64,000 nt of DNA, from the NCBI GenBank assembly GCA_013265495.1, contig MU058844.1, positions 62,001 to 126,000 on the forward strand, read 5' to 3'. Below are positions 61,201-64,000 of the stretch, piece by piece; within the stretch, counting starts at the first letter, position 1, and every line of letters begins with the position of its first letter. The notes under the pieces were generated by a model. The model saw nothing but the letters and a program-made list of their open reading frames with translations. It searched no databases and was not told the DNA's origin. The position numbers were made by a program, and so were the translations under genes. This stretch comes from Vicugna vicugna (Eukaryota).

Positions 61201-61977
61201 GAAAACTAACCTGACTGGCTACTTCCCAGGGCCCATGTGTTAATCTGGGTCCCTGAATGTGATGGTTCTGCAGAGAAATCCCTTTGTCCCAGGGACTGGC
61301 TGCCTGGAAATGAAAGAAAAGCACCTTGAAAAGAAAACTAACTGGAACCCTTTGTTCTGATAGATAATCACAGAGGACAATCCGGTCCTCACAGAGAAGC
61401 AGAGAAATAAACCGGTCTCTCTAAAACTGATTTCCAGGATGATGAGGGCCCTGTTGCAAAATACAAGTAAATCATACTTATTGTCATGGAAAACCTGACT
61501 GGACATCAAGTCCGGAGAAAGTCAACAATAAAACTATTAGCAATAACTGAGTTCTCACTGATTTAAAAGGAGGCAAAGAAGGTGAACACAGCTCTAGGCT
61601 AAGAATTTGCAGGCCTGGGTACCATCTAAATTTGAATCAGCCACCAACTAGCTATAAAATGTGTGATAAGGTAAAATCAGGTGTCTTTCAAGGCCGTGTT
61701 TGGACTTAGCATGTTCTACTCTCTTTTAAAAAAGCAGTTTTCTTTTCTACAGACCTCCTGTTTTTTGACTTCTCATTAACCGACAGTTATTCATGTATTA
61801 TTGCTTCACTTTTCCCTACACATCTTATACAATGGAACCAAGACTTTTGGAGTTTTAGTAATGGTTTTTTGGCTTGTTCCTGCTTTTTAAGTATCACTCA
61901 TGGAAACTTATCCTTTCATAGCAAGAAACAGTGAACAATGGTATAGTAAATTTTTTCAAAACAGTATTAAAAACTTT

Positions 61978-62109
61978 ATCTTATTTTACTTTTTTTAGGG
62001 GGGAGGTAATTAGGTTTATTTGTTTATTTTTAATGGAGGTTCTGGAGATTGAACCCAGGACCTTCGGCATGCTAAGCATACCCTCCCTCCTTGAGCTATA
62101 CCCTCCCCA
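61978..62109 (-). mobile_element. Vic-1-like SINE
   Basis: Reverse complement reads ggggagggtatagctcaag...atgcttagcatgccgaaggtcctgggttcaatctccagaacctcc...aaacctaattacctccccc. Confidence 0.88.
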
Positions 62110-62139
62110 CTAAACACTTCAAAGTTCATGTTCCATCTT

Positions 62140-62625
62140 GCTGAGCCACTCATTTTTCTCACATACTTGCACAGACCTGACCCAGCTCCATCAATTTACC
62201 ACTCATCCTGCTCCCTGACCACACCAGCCTGCTTGGAACCTCAGGGCCTTGTACTAGCCGGTCCCTCTCCCTGAAACATTCTTCCACTGACTCCCTCCAT
62301 CAAACGTGACTTCTCAGTGGAACCCGTCCTGACTGCCCTATGCTCAATCACATCTCCCATTCCACTCTGCAACCACACCCCCGACCACGTATCACCTTTG
62401 AACATATTATGTATCATATGGATGTGCTATGTTTGTGGTTGCTGACTGCTCCCACCCCACACACTCATCCCATCCCTGCCAGAATGTAAGCTCCCCACAG
62501 ACAAGGGAATTTTGTCAGTTTTGTTCAATGATGTTCAATGATATATCCCAGGCACCAAGATTAGTGCCTAGGACATAGCAGCTTCCTACTACATAAATGA
62601 ACACTGCTGGATAAATGAACAAATT
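62140..62625 (+). mobile_element. L2 LINE 3' end
   Basis: cctcagggccttgtac...agaatgtaagctcccc...gtgcctaggacatag...ataaatgaa. Confidence 0.8.
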
Positions 62626-62894
62626 AAAAGGAGCAATTCATTACAATTACAAAATATTCATTTAGCTCTGCTGTCTATGGCCACAGACAGTGTTACCAAG
62701 CACTCCCACTTTTAGTTTACTTAGCACTAAGAACCAAAGAAACAACACTGCATAATTTGGGAGAGGGGGTGACTCCATAACAATAAAATACTATCAAGGT
62801 TAAGAGTAGGCAGCTACCCACTTTCTACACTGAACTGGGCCACAACAAACTCCTCCCTCCCACATCTACATTTAATTTTAAGGGAGTGAGAAAG

Positions 62895-64000
62895 ACAGAC
62901 TCAAAGATGGCTTCTGAGAAATTATGGCGGAATGAGACCTGACCCCACAGTCTCCATCCCCCCAATTCCTAAGGAAATCAATAAAAGGTAATAAAAGGAA
63001 GCTAACCAAAATGATGGCAGAACCACTCTCCAATTCCTACCTCCTTAAACCCAGATCAATGATTCAAAAGAGCTCAACTTTAAGAGAGCGACCCTGATAT
63101 CACCAAGTCTAGGGAGGAAGAGTGAGTTAAGTGGGTTTTTAAATCACTTTTTCTCCTCTGACTTCAGTAGATTGGGGCTGGTAACTATCACATGGAAGGA
63201 TAGGGGAGATGAGAACGTGAACAACAAGGACTGACTGTTCTTGGCAGAAGTGACAAGACATTTCACGTGGTCTCAGGAGAGACTGCAGGGCACAGGTATT
63301 ACCATGTGACCGACACATAATCAACTTAGCTGAGCTCACTCCTCTGTGCCAACTCTTCTGCTAATATGTACCCTTAAATAAGCTAAAGAAAGTGGACAGA
63401 CTAGGAAATACCCAGTGCTCAGGGGTCAAAGAGGTGCCACGGAGAAATCACCCCAGTGTGTTAGAGCACCAAAGGCTGGACACAGGTGCCCAAACGTGGG
63501 CAGGATGGGGTGAAACAGCATGGCAATTGACACATTGTAGTGACAAGTACTTTTAACATAATGTTAAAAGGGAAGATTATGTGGGAAAAAACTGGCCAAA
63601 AAATCTACACTCCCTAAGGGATAAGAGAAAGTAATTCTTCATAGAACAACTTAAAAGTATAATAGAAACATGAATACAGTAAAACAATAGCTTAGCAATA
63701 AGATAATCAAATAACAAAATGAGATTTAAAAAGAAACATGTCATACTAAATGATAAATTGAGAACCAAACAGCATCATCATGAAACCAGTAAATAAATTA
63801 GAAATACCAAGGAATAGAATTAATGCAACTCCAAATTATCTTCACGAAAGACTTGAGATAAAAGGCAGAATTTAAAGCAATTAGAGAAAAACGATAGACA
63901 TGGAGGAGAGAAAAAATACAGTCCATTAAAAGGTTAATGGGTATTCCTGAAGTAGAACACCCAGCCCAAAGTATTTAAAGATCTACTACAAGAAAATATC
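62895..64000 (+). mobile_element. Old L1 5' region/ORF1 remnant running off the window
   Basis: aagatggc-type 5' motif and ORF1-like A-rich end (ggtattcctgaagtagaa...aaagtatttaaagat...caagaaaa). Confidence 0.5.

Overview
Mammalian genomic DNA, most likely a camelid (alpaca/llama/camel), judged from three tRNA-derived Vic-1-type SINEs and camelid-type L1 3' ends. The window covers the 3' end of CRADD (RAIDD, the caspase-2/PIDDosome adaptor) on the minus strand. The only well-supported coding sequence is the terminal death-domain exon (56075-55774, residues ~100-199), followed by a 3' UTR with poly(A) signals. The rest is intron/downstream DNA, much of it decayed interspersed repeats (MIR, L2, L1 of several ages, MaLR/ERVL solo LTRs, hAT and Tigger DNA transposons). 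Repeat family names are from recalled consensus sequences, not from a search. I see no prokaryote-style system (no CRISPR, operon, rRNA or intact tRNA). The most interesting items are: (1) a segment ~43 kb downstream that looks like the orthologue of the human alternative CARD-only terminal exon of CRADD, here with a stop codon and an altered acceptor; (2) a 1.6-kb MER91/Zaphod-type hAT fossil with both ends, a residual 8-bp TSD, transposase remnants and an unexpectedly preserved CpG-dense core; (3) a repeat-free, CpG-enriched block with two STAT5-type GAS motifs and CTCF-like motifs beside a MER20; (4) several young L1/SINE insertions with readable TSDs and a complex templated-looking local duplication.
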